From an uncultured Acidimicrobiales bacterium (lineage in GTDB: Bacteria; Actinomycetota; Acidimicrobiia; Acidimicrobiales; DATKAS01), in the NCBI GenBank assembly GCA_963708175.1, contig CAVPSD010000017.1, forward strand, positions 23,073 through 87,072: 64,000 bases of DNA, in the 5' to 3' direction. Position numbers and translations under genes: made by a program. The notes beneath the pieces were generated by a model, which was given only the letters and a program-made list of their open reading frames with translations, ran no database searches and was not told the origin of the DNA. Of this stretch, positions 11,201 through 21,195 are shown one piece after another (position 1 is the stretch's first letter; each line of letters opens with the position of its first letter).

Positions 11201-11779
11201 GTCCTGGAGCTCGACGAACAGGTGCTCGGGCCCGAAGATGTCGCGCAGCCGTGCCGCAGCCGCGAGCGCGCCCTTGTCGTCACCCGCGAGCATCGACTGC
11301 AGCACGTGGCCACCGAGACAGCCGGTGGTCGCGATGAGCCCTTCGTGGTGGCGCTCGAGCAGCTCCCAATCGACGCGGGGTTGGTAGTAGTACCCCTCGA
11401 GGAACGCGAGGCTCGCGAGCTTGATCAGGTTCTTGTAACCGATCTGGTTCTCGGCGAGCAGGGTGAGGTGGTAGTAGAGCTTCTTGCCGCCCTCCGTCTC
11501 TCCGCCGGAGTCGTCCATGCGGCCGCGGCGCGGGGGGCGCTCGAACCGCGACTCGCCGGCCATGTAGGCCTCCATGCCGATGATCGGCTTGACCCCGTGC
11601 TCGCGGGCGGCCTTGTAGAAGTCGAGGACTCCGTACATGTTCCCGTGGTCGGTGATGCCGACCGCGGGCTGCTCGTCCGCCACCGCCGCATCGATGACGT
11701 CGGCCACGCGCGCGGCGCCATCGAGCATGGAGAACTCGGTGTGCAGGTGGAGGTGGACGAACGAGTCCCCCAAAGCCAT
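8213..11779 (-). CDS. dnaE: DNA polymerase III alpha subunit
   Basis: 1188-aa intact ORF. The N-terminal PHP domain FVHLHLHTEFSMLDGA is followed by polymerase core and OB-fold regions typical of DnaE. Confidence 0.97.
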   Translation of the reverse strand: MALGDSFVHLHLHTEFSMLDGAARVADVIDAAVADEQPAVGITDHGNMYGVLDFYKAAREHGVKPIIGMEAYMAGESRFERPPRRGRMDDSGGETEGGKKLYYHLTLLAENQIGYKNLIKLASLAFLEGYYYQPRVDWELLERHHEGLIATTGCLGGHVLQSMLAGDDKGALAAAARLRDIFGPEHLFVELQDHGIPAQRQTMGGLLDIAQKLGSPVLATNDSHYVHRHDAVAHDALLCVQTGTTIDDPKRFKFDGEEHYLKTAAEMRGLFRERPDACDNTLWVAERADVQIEFGKPQLPAFPIPDGFADDVDYLRHLAMEGAEQRWGAHLHPTIAERISYELRVIADMGFASYFLIVWDLIRYARDHGIRVGPGRGSAAGCAVAYCLRITDLDPIKYDLLFERFLNPGRVQMPDIDMDFDDRYRDEMIRYASERYGRDHVAQIVTFSKIKARAAVRDAARVLGYPYAVGDKVAKAMPPLVMGRDTPLHACFELDPKHEDGFKAASELREMYAADPDVKKVVDVARGLEGLRRQAGIHASAVVITRDELTEYLPLQRKPENGQEPEDAPIVTQYEMHGVEDLGLLKMDFLGLRNLSVIDETVELIRERTGERIDIDRVPLDDDDTLAMLRRGDSIGVFQLEGGPMRSLMRSLAPTTFDDVAALVALYRPGPMAANMHTDFADRKNGRKPITYTHPDMEDLLGDTYGLMIYQESVMRVAQRFAGYSLSEADNLRKACGKKIRELMAREREKFVAGCEATGYGEKVGNQLFDIIEPFADYAFPKSHSYGYGLVAYQTAWLKAHHPIEYLAALLTSVKASQDKAAVYLAECRQIGVKVLVPDVNVSSLDFAALGVDEAPVGTTLPPGTVGLIPFGLSAVRNVGENLVRNILQERDKNGPFVDFYDFCERVDPSVLNKRAIESLVKAGAFDSLGHPRRGLLSVYEQIVDITLARRRERDQGVMSLFGEGGPGGETYNERVQIPDLEFDKTQRLKFEKEMLGLYVSDHPLMGADAMLRRRSDCSVADIAERVDGDTLTVGGVITNLARKYTKKGDLMAVFALEDLGGSIEVMVFPKVMSEQGFKLADDALVLVKGRVDGREDVAKLMCLDVTVIEAVSDAAAPFRVRLKPSNATEAVIDSLKRLLLEHPGTTSVLLHLGERQVLRLPPHFNVDAGNGLAGEIRVLLGPDSIGA

Positions 11780-11853
11780 CCCCTTCTCCCCGGGCCGCTC
11801 TCCGGCTCAGGAGCAGACTTACACGGGTGTGATTTGCACCGTAGCAGGAGCGG

Positions 11854-11995
11854 TCAGAGATAGGTCCGTGACGGGACCGGACCCATCAGAGATAGGTCCG
11901 TGACGGGACCGGACCCATCAGAGATAGGTCCGTGACGGGACCGGACCCATCAGAGATAGGTCCGTGACGGGACCGGACCCATCAGAGATAGGTCC
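11854..11995. repeat. 32-bp perfect tandem repeat, 4 full copies plus a 14-nt partial copy that is the 3' end of bpa
   Basis: The unit TCAGAGATAGGTCCGTGACGGGACCGGACCCA occurs at 11854, 11886, 11918 and 11950. The first 14 nt occur again at 11982-11995, which are the last codons and stop of bpa on the minus strand. Confidence 0.95.
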
Positions 11996-12491
11996 CTGGG
12001 CGTTGATCGGATGCCTGGGGCGGGCCCTGGCCGGGCGGGAGCTGCCCTCTCATCTGCTCGAGCTGCTGCCGGGCGGCCATCTGCTGGGCGAACAACGTCG
12101 CCTGGATGCCGTGGAACAGGCCCTCGAGCCAGCCGACCAGCTGGGCCTTGGCGACCCGCAGCTCGGCCTCGCTCGGCGTGTCGCTCGAGAACGGGGGGGC
12201 GAGGCGGGCGAGCTCGTCGCGGAGGTCGGGCGACAGGGCTGCCGCGAGCTCGTGCACCGAGGTCTCGTAGATGTCGCGCAGCCGCTCGCGGCTCGCCTCG
12301 TCGAGCGGTGCCGCTTTCACCTCGTCGAGGAGCTGCTTGATCATCGAGCCGATCCGCATGACCTTCGCGGGCTGCTCGATCGTCTCGAGGTCTCCATCGG
12401 ACGAAGCTGTGTCGGATGATCCCCCGGCCGCCGACCCACCGACCGCACCAGGTGGGAGCACCTCGGCCGCGTGGAGCGTCTCGTCACTCAT
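11982..12491 (-). CDS. bpa: Bacterial proteasome activator Bpa (PafE, DUF2587)
   Basis: Long blocks match the M. tuberculosis Rv3780 sequence as I remember it: EQPAKVMRIGSMIKQLL, APLDEASRERLRDI and AQLVGWLEGLFHGIQATLFAQQMAAR. The C-terminus is GTYL, where the canonical motif is GQYL. Confidence 0.9.
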   Translation of the reverse strand: MSDETLHAAEVLPPGAVGGSAAGGSSDTASSDGDLETIEQPAKVMRIGSMIKQLLDEVKAAPLDEASRERLRDIYETSVHELAAALSPDLRDELARLAPPFSSDTPSEAELRVAKAQLVGWLEGLFHGIQATLFAQQMAARQQLEQMRGQLPPGQGPPQASDQRPGTYL

Positions 12492-12512
12492 GGCTTGCAG
12501 ACTAGGCCCGGC

Positions 12513-13655
12513 TCAGCGGCACGAGGCCATGAGGGGCACGAGCATCTCGGCCGTCGTCAGCGAACCATGGCGAGCGACGAGCATGAACGGACCGGTGTCC
12601 GCCGGATCGTCGAACGCGATGTCCGAGCGAGCCGCGAGCAGCACGTCGCCGAGCCGGTCGGCGGCCGCGGGTGAAACCCGCGGGCCGAACCAGCCCTCGT
12701 CGAGCACCTGCTCACGGCTCACGATCCACGCGTCGGTTTCGTACAGGGACGTCGCGGCGGCGAGCAGCTCATCCGCCGCGCCGTCCACCGCGTGGAGCCA
12801 ACGCGCACGCGCCTCGCCGGACTGGCCACGGAGCAGCGAGAAGAGGGCGGGATCGAGCGGCCACACGTTCTCGCCGACATCCACCTGGCCGTGGTCAGCC
12901 GTGATGAGGAGCGCAGCTCCACGCGGCAACACGTCGAACAGGTCGCCGACGAGGCGGTCCACCCACACGAGCTCAGCTTCGTAATGCGGGCCGAGCCCGT
13001 ACTCGTGCGCGACCTTGTCGATGCCGTCGTAGTACGCGTAGACGAACTGCTCGCCGGCCGACATCAGCTCCCGCACCTCGGTGGTGAGCGTCGAAGGAAC
13101 CCTCCATCCGCGCCATTGCACCCCGCGGAGATGCGCCGAGGAGAAGCCCGAGCCCAGGAACTCGGCCTTCGTCACGACGGGCGGGCGACGGCCGAGGAAG
13201 GGCTCGAACGGCTGGAGCCCTTCGGGCGGGATCGCGCGTCGCGCGTCCCCGCGGGGCGTCGACCAGCGCAGCACGTTGAGCACGTCGCCGTGCACGTCGA
13301 TGCGGTAGCCGACGACACCGTGCTCACCCGGGGTGAGGCCGGTGGTGATCGACGTCAGCGCGGTCGCGGTCGTCGAGGGCACGACCGACGTGATCGGGCC
13401 ACCCTGCATGCCGGCAAGGAGGGGCATGAGGGCGCGATGGCGTTGCAGCTGCTCCCAGCCGAGGCCGTCGAGGACGAGGAGGAGCACCTGCGAGGCGTCG
13501 AAGGCGGCCGCCGGGAACCAGGCGGGAGCGCTGTCACGGCGAGGACCGAGGAGCGTCGGGACGATATTCGTGAGGCACGCGCCCGCGTAGTCGGGGAGCA
13601 GAGGTCGATCAGCCACGGCGTCGGTCACAACGGGACATAGAGAAGCAGACCTCAC
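12513..13655 (-). CDS. Alkaline phosphatase superfamily protein (nucleotide pyrophosphatase/phosphodiesterase-like)
   Basis: Contains LLLVLDGLGWEQL, SVVPSTTATALTSITTG (nucleophile Thr region), YYDGIDKVAHEYG and ITADHGQ metal-site motifs. The start is uncertain: GTG at 13655, or GTG near 13628. Confidence 0.7.
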   Translation of the reverse strand: MRSASLCPVVTDAVADRPLLPDYAGACLTNIVPTLLGPRRDSAPAWFPAAAFDASQVLLLVLDGLGWEQLQRHRALMPLLAGMQGGPITSVVPSTTATALTSITTGLTPGEHGVVGYRIDVHGDVLNVLRWSTPRGDARRAIPPEGLQPFEPFLGRRPPVVTKAEFLGSGFSSAHLRGVQWRGWRVPSTLTTEVRELMSAGEQFVYAYYDGIDKVAHEYGLGPHYEAELVWVDRLVGDLFDVLPRGAALLITADHGQVDVGENVWPLDPALFSLLRGQSGEARARWLHAVDGAADELLAAATSLYETDAWIVSREQVLDEGWFGPRVSPAAADRLGDVLLAARSDIAFDDPADTGPFMLVARHGSLTTAEMLVPLMASCR

Positions 13656-13671
13656 GTCCTACAGTGAGGTC
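13648..13671. promoter_or_regulatory. 8-bp perfect inverted repeat GACCTCAC-n8-GTGAGGTC, candidate Rrf2 operator
   Basis: Read directly from the sequence. It ends one base before the Rrf2 GTG start at 13672 and covers the longest possible start of the divergent phosphatase-family gene. Confidence 0.45.
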
Positions 13672-14118
13672 GTGCGGGTGTCGACTCGTGGTGACTATGC
13701 GAGCAGGGCGCTCTTGTCGCTCGCACTCCATGCCGACGAGTCCGGCCCGACGTCGGTCAGGGACATCGCCGAGCGCACGGGCCTCCCCCAGCCCTACCTC
13801 GAGCAGATCCTCCTGGCACTCAAGGGCGCCGGCCTCGTGCGGTCCAAGCGCGGCGTTGGTGGTGGCTACGTGCTCGCTCGTCCACCGTCCGAGATCACGC
13901 TCTCCGAGATCGTGAGCGCGGTCGACGGCCCGATCGTGCTCGGCGACTTCGGACAGCCCCACACCGACGGCGCGTGCGACCACGAGGGCCAGTGCGTGCT
14001 CCTCGCGATCTGGAACGTCGTCGGAGAGCACATGCGCACGCGGCTCGACTCGTTCACGCTCGCCGACATCGCGGCGCAGGCTCGCGGCGAGCGCGCCTGG
14101 CCCACCGACGGCGACTAG
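13672..14118 (+). CDS. Rrf2 family transcriptional regulator
   Basis: MRVSTRGDYASRALLSLA.., a winged HTH (SVRDIAERTGLPQPYLEQILLALKGAGLVRSKRGVGGGY) and Cys residues in the C-terminal half (GACDHEGQC). Confidence 0.88.
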   Translation: MRVSTRGDYASRALLSLALHADESGPTSVRDIAERTGLPQPYLEQILLALKGAGLVRSKRGVGGGYVLARPPSEITLSEIVSAVDGPIVLGDFGQPHTDGACDHEGQCVLLAIWNVVGEHMRTRLDSFTLADIAAQARGERAWPTDGD

Positions 14119-14120
14119 AG

Positions 14121-14156
14121 CGATCACTCGCGCCGTCACTCGCCCGATCACTCGCT
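14121..14156. repeat. 12-bp tandem repeat x3 (CGATCACTCGCG / CCGTCACTCGCC / CGATCACTCGCT) containing the rluD stop codon
   Basis: Read directly. On the minus strand it reads GAG TGA three times, in frame, 12 nt apart. Confidence 0.85.
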
Positions 14157-15065
14157 CAGGCCCGCGAGCACGGCTTCGAAGTCGCTCGGAAGCGGAGACT
14201 CGAGCTCGACGCGTTCGCCGCTCACCGGATGCGCGAAGGCGAGCGCCCGTGCGTGCAGCAGTGGTCGGGGCGCCCGGATCGCCTCCCGGTTGCCGCCATA
14301 GCGCGCATCGCCGACCACCGGATGGTTGATCGCCGCGAGGTGCACGCGCACTTGATGCGTACGGCCGGTCTCGAGGCGGCACTCGAGCAGGCTCGCGATC
14401 GCGGGTGAGCGGTAGGTCTCCTCGACCCGGTAGTGCGTGCGAGCGGCGCGACCGCGCGAGCTCACGGTCATCCGGGTCGGGTCGCGCACGGATCGCCCTA
14501 CCGGCGCGTCGATGATGCCGGTCGTGGGCTCCGGGCGGCCCCAGACGAGCGTGGTGTACTTCCGCTCGACGGCATGTGACGCCATCTGCGCGACGAGCGC
14601 CGAGTACGCCGCCGGGGAGCGCGCGACGACGAGCAGGCCGGATGTGCCCTTGTCGAGGCGGTGAACGATGCCCGGGCGGGTGGGATCGCCGACGTTCGTG
14701 ATCTCGGGATAGCGCGCCACGAGGCCGTGGACGAGGGTCTTGGTCGTGTTCCCCGCGCCCGGATGCACCACGAGGCCGGGCGGCTTGTCCACGACGATGA
14801 CATCAGGGTCCTCGTACACCACGACGACCTCGACCTCAGCATCGCCTCGTACCGATGGCGCTTCGGCGTCGGGCACATCGACGCGCAACGACGCGCCCTC
14901 GACGACCCGGACCTTGCCCGACCGCTCGATCCGCCCGTCGACCTCTACGGCTCCGCCGTCGACGAGCGCGGCCGCGATGGCTCGGCTCACGCCAGTGATC
15001 GTGGCCACCACGCGATCGAGCCGCTCGCCGGCGAGCGCTGCGGGGACGACTGCATCGACGGTCAC
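14148..15065 (-). CDS. rluD: RluA-family 23S rRNA pseudouridine synthase (RluD-like)
   Basis: GTG at 15065. An S4-like N-terminus is followed by VVDKPPGLVVHPG, the catalytic HRLDKGTSGLL, and TGRTHQVRVHLA. It overlaps the lspA stop by 4 nt (GTGA). Confidence 0.9.
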   Translation of the reverse strand: MTVDAVVPAALAGERLDRVVATITGVSRAIAAALVDGGAVEVDGRIERSGKVRVVEGASLRVDVPDAEAPSVRGDAEVEVVVVYEDPDVIVVDKPPGLVVHPGAGNTTKTLVHGLVARYPEITNVGDPTRPGIVHRLDKGTSGLLVVARSPAAYSALVAQMASHAVERKYTTLVWGRPEPTTGIIDAPVGRSVRDPTRMTVSSRGRAARTHYRVEETYRSPAIASLLECRLETGRTHQVRVHLAAINHPVVGDARYGGNREAIRAPRPLLHARALAFAHPVSGERVELESPLPSDFEAVLAGLSE

Positions 15066-15550
15066 GGCGCGTCGAGCGCAGGTTCCGCCGGCGTGCGGAG
15101 CAAGACGATCACGAGCAACACCGCGCCGATGTCGATCGCGGCGTCCGCGAGGTTGAACACGGGGAACCTTTGCAGATCGATGAAGTCGACGACCCGCCCG
15201 CCCAAGAAGCCGCTGCCCTCGCGGAAGAACCGATCGAGCAGGTTGCTGATCGCGCCACCGAGCACGAGTCCGCCAGCGACCGCGGCGAGCTTCGATGGTG
15301 CTCGCGACGTGCCGAGCAGCAGCACTCCCACGAGGACGACGCCGATGACCGCGATGATCGGGCCGAAGCCACGACCGCGACCGAACGCCATGCCGCTGTT
15401 GAAGGTGAGGTTGAGCTGCAGCGTCCACAGCACGTGGACGATCCGGTCCTGCAGATGGGTGACCGCCCACCACTTCGTCAGCTGATCCACGACGATCACG
15501 AGGCCCGCAACGCCGAGCGCGATGGTCAGCGCCCCGCGCCGGCCGGTCAC
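15062..15550 (-). CDS. lspA: Signal peptidase II (lipoprotein signal peptidase)
   Basis: Contains VVDQLTKWWA, FNSGMAFG, GGAISNLLDR and VVDFIDL..FPVFNLAD motifs. GTG start at 15550, 1 nt after the upstream stop. Confidence 0.9.
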   Translation of the reverse strand: MTGRRGALTIALGVAGLVIVVDQLTKWWAVTHLQDRIVHVLWTLQLNLTFNSGMAFGRGRGFGPIIAVIGVVLVGVLLLGTSRAPSKLAAVAGGLVLGGAISNLLDRFFREGSGFLGGRVVDFIDLQRFPVFNLADAAIDIGAVLLVIVLLRTPAEPALDAP

Positions 15551-15551
15551 G

Positions 15552-16319
15552 TCACCGTGAGGTGGTGCCCAGCCCGCCCACCTTCTCCTCGACGCGCTCG
15601 GCCGCCCATGGGATCGCGCGCAGCCGCTCCTTCGGGATCGGCTGGCCCGAGACCACCGAGAGGCCGTAGATACCGCCATCGATGCGGGCGAGCGCAGCGT
15701 CGATCTCGGCGACGGCGTGCAACGCCGCCGCGCTCATCGCGAGGTCACGCTCGCGCTCGACGACGATCGTGTCGCCCTCGCCGGACTCCTCGTCGAACTG
15801 CACATCGCCGGGCTCGAGATCTTCGACCAGGGCCGCGGCCTCCGAGGCGAGGCGATCGGCCTGGCGCGTGTACCGCGCCCGTTCCTCGAGCAGGAGCTCG
15901 CGCTGTGCGTCGAGGAACTTCGCGTCATAGGGGCTCACGAGCTTCTTGGGCGGCGGCGGGGGCTTCGGGGCAGGGGCCTTCTTCGCGACCGGCGCCTTCG
16001 CGACGGGACCCTTCTTGGCGGCCGGAGCCTTCTTGGCCGGCGCGGCCTTCTTCGCGGGAGCCTTCGCGACGCGACCCTTCTGGGCAGCCGGAGCCTTCTT
16101 GGCCGGCGCGGCCTTCTTCGCGGGAGCCTTCGCGACGCGACCCTTTTGGGCAGCCGGAGCCTTCTTGGCCGGCGCGGCCTTCTTGACCGGAGGCTTCTTG
16201 GCAGGAGCGGGCTTCTTCGCCGACGCCGACCTCTTCGCGGGCGCGGCCTTCTTGACCGAGTCCTTCGCAACGGGACCCTTCTGGGCGGCCGGAGCCTTCT
16301 TCGGGGATGCCTTCGCCAT
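15552..16319 (-). CDS. DksA/TraR-family protein lacking all zinc-finger cysteines, with an N-terminal Lys/Ala/Pro-rich histone-H1-like tail
   Basis: The C-terminal half has a coiled coil plus IDAALARIDGGIYGLSVVSGQPIPKERLRAIPWAAERV, which matches the GxCxxCGxxIPxxRLxAxPxAxxCxxC layout but with no Cys. The first 130 or so aa are PAKKAAPAKKA-type repeats. The position between ileS and lspA matches the conserved actinobacterial synteny. Confidence 0.7.
   Translation of the reverse strand: MAKASPKKAPAAQKGPVAKDSVKKAAPAKRSASAKKPAPAKKPPVKKAAPAKKAPAAQKGRVAKAPAKKAAPAKKAPAAQKGRVAKAPAKKAAPAKKAPAAKKGPVAKAPVAKKAPAPKPPPPPKKLVSPYDAKFLDAQRELLLEERARYTRQADRLASEAAALVEDLEPGDVQFDEESGEGDTIVVERERDLAMSAAALHAVAEIDAALARIDGGIYGLSVVSGQPIPKERLRAIPWAAERVEEKVGGLGTTSR
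15995..16184. repeat. 66-bp (22-codon) near-perfect tandem repeat inside the DksA-like gene
   Basis: 16021-16086 and 16087-16152 differ at one base. Partial copies flank them. The unit encodes AQKGRVAKAPAKKAAPAKKAPA. Confidence 0.9.
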
Positions 16320-16379
16320 GCGTTGTCCTCTCCTGCCCGCCAAGGGGTCCGGAACTGTACGCCTCAGCGGTCGCGCGGC

Positions 16380-16727
16380 TCAACCAGCGCGGCCCGGGCG
16401 GCGATCGACGCCGTCACCCGCGCTCGCCAAGATCCGATCGAGGAGCGCGTCGACGCCGTCCAGCTCGAGCCCCTCGATGCGGAACCGCTTCGAGCGGCTC
16501 GACGCACCGCCGGTCAAGGTGACCTGCGCTGCCTTCACGCCGAACTCCTGCGCGAGCAAGGCGACGAGCGCGTCGTTGGCCCGACCGGCCTGCGGGGGCG
16601 CCGCGACCCTGATCTTCAGCGCGTCGCCGAACCGACCGACGATCGCGGACCGTCCGGCACCCGGCTGCGCGTGCACCCGCAAGATGATCGCCGTTTCGCC
16701 GGCGGATTCGTACAGGCCTGTGGCCAT
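16380..16727 (-). CDS. DUF167 (YggU) family protein
   Basis: The internal ATG at 16727 gives MATGLYESAGETAIILRVHAQPGAGRSAIVG..ALKIRVAAPPQAGRANDALVALLA, the typical YggU pattern. Confidence 0.75.
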   Translation of the reverse strand: MATGLYESAGETAIILRVHAQPGAGRSAIVGRFGDALKIRVAAPPQAGRANDALVALLAQEFGVKAAQVTLTGGASSRSKRFRIEGLELDGVDALLDRILASAGDGVDRRPGRAG

Positions 16728-16810
16728 GAGGGCCGTACTGTACGACCGAACGGCACCGCACGGATTCAACTGCTCCAGGACCCGACCAGGCCCCCGCCTA
16801 CCATGGCCTC

Positions 16811-19911
<3,101 letters not shown>

Positions 19912-19912
<1 letters not shown>

Positions 19913-20418
19913 TGGCGGTGTCACCCCCCAAGGCGCCCCCGAAGTCACCGCCTCGCGCCACGTCTGTCGTCAGCTCCCCACCGAAGCCGAAGCCCGCGCC
20001 CGAGCCGCTTCCCGACGGGTTGCATGCGACCCGAGAACGCGTCCGCAGGCGCGGCTGGATCGCAGGTCTCGCGTTGCCCGTCGTCGTCATCGCGCTCGCG
20101 GCGATCGTCCTCGAGATCCCTGCCGAGGGACACGTCGCGAACATGCTCGGAGTCACGGGTTCGCTGCTCGCGCTGCTCGCGGTCCCGACCGCAGTCGCGT
20201 TCGGCATCCCCGTCGAGGTCGGCCCCGTGCGCGCCGGACTCGCGGTTGTCACGAGCCTCCTGCTGTGGGCGCTGCTCGGCTGGTGGGCCGGCCGCCGCGT
20301 GTCCGAACGGGTGGTCGGCGGTTGGCGCGAGTGGGCCGTCGAGTTCGGCTGGCTTGCGGTCTGCCTCTGGGCCGGCGTCCTCACCGGGGTCGGCGTCCTC
20401 CTCCACCTCGCCTCCTGA
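19912..20418 (+). CDS. Hypothetical membrane protein with a Pro/Lys-rich N-terminus and about 4 TM helices
   Basis: The ATG overlaps the ileS TGA (ATGA at 19910-19914). The hydrophobic segments are LALPVVVIALAAIVL, SLLALLAVPTAVAF, LAVVTSLLLWALLGWW and WLAVCLWAGVLTGVGVLL. Confidence 0.55.
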
Positions 20419-20432
20419 ACCCACGCCCGGGT

Positions 20433-20472
20433 TTGGTAGTTCGGGGTGCGAATGAGTGCCCCGAGCTACCAA
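20433..20472. terminator. 17-bp stem hairpin (3 G-U pairs, 6-nt loop) at a convergent junction; candidate bidirectional terminator
   Basis: TTGGTAGTTCGGGGTGC-gaatga-GTGCCCCGAGCTACCAA, paired by hand. It lies between stops at 20418 (+) and 20500 (-). No U-tract. Confidence 0.5.
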
Positions 20473-20499
20473 TCCCGGATCGACGCGGATCATCCCGGA

Positions 20500-21159
20500 T
20501 CAGACGCGGACGAGGTCGGTGAGCTGGTCGAGCTTCGCGGGGCCGATGCCGCGGACCTCGAGCAGCTGATCGACCGAGCGGAACGGACCGTGACGTTCGC
20601 GGTAAGTCACGATCGCGGCAGCGGTCGCCGGGCCGATGCCCGGAAGCGCATCGAGGTCGCTCTCGGACGCCGCGTTGAGGTCGAGCGGGCCCGCAGGGGT
20701 GACTGACCCTGAGCCCGCCGACGCGGGCAGCGCCTCGCCGACCTTCGGGACGTACACCCGCTCACCGTCGCTGACCTTCGCCGCGAGCGCGAGCCGATCG
20801 GCGTCAGCCGCGGGCGCGAGCCCGCCGGCTGCGTCGATCAGGTCGATGACCCTTGCGTTGGCGGGCAGTCGGTACACGCCGGGAGCGATCACCGCACCGG
20901 CGGCCTGCACCATCAGCGATCGCTCCTCGTCCGCCGAGGGTGCCGCGTCCCCCGCGGTCGTGACCTGAGGGATGAGCGTCTCGGTCGGTGGCGGAGTGCG
21001 CAGCACCCAGATGACGACGACTGCGGCGACGACAGAAGCGACGAGGGCGCCGCCGATCGCGATCGCGACCCTCGGCGCGGTCAGCGGACGACCGCCGAGC
21101 AGCGCCTCGAGCCGGGCGCGCCAGCCGAGCGGCGGTGGGACGGGCAACAGATCCGACAT
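20500..21159 (-). CDS. comEA: ComEA family DNA-binding protein (TM + SLBB + helix-hairpin-helix)
   Basis: The C-terminus LDLNAASESDLDALPGIGPATAAAIVTYRERHGPFRSVDQLLEVRGIGPAKL is the ComEA HhH pair. An SLBB-like region (VYRLPANARVIDLIDAAGG) is present. ATG at 21159 is preferred over 21186. Confidence 0.85.
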   Translation of the reverse strand: MSDLLPVPPPLGWRARLEALLGGRPLTAPRVAIAIGGALVASVVAAVVVIWVLRTPPPTETLIPQVTTAGDAAPSADEERSLMVQAAGAVIAPGVYRLPANARVIDLIDAAGGLAPAADADRLALAAKVSDGERVYVPKVGEALPASAGSGSVTPAGPLDLNAASESDLDALPGIGPATAAAIVTYRERHGPFRSVDQLLEVRGIGPAKLDQLTDLVRV

Positions 21160-21195
21160 GAGCTTCCTCTCCTGCAGCGGGAGCACGGGGGAAGC

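Noticed and set aside
11854-11995. Possible CRISPR array, given the regular 32-nt repeats.
   Set aside because: The units are directly adjacent with no spacers, and no cas genes are nearby. It is a plain tandem repeat.
16728-16810. T-box or other leader RNA upstream of ileS, and likewise upstream of leuS at 29537..29636.
   Set aside because: The spacers are only 83 and 100 nt, are shared with divergent genes, and contain no specifier/T-box-like sequence that I could recognise. A small GGCCA-loop-TGGCC hairpin before leuS is too weak to call.
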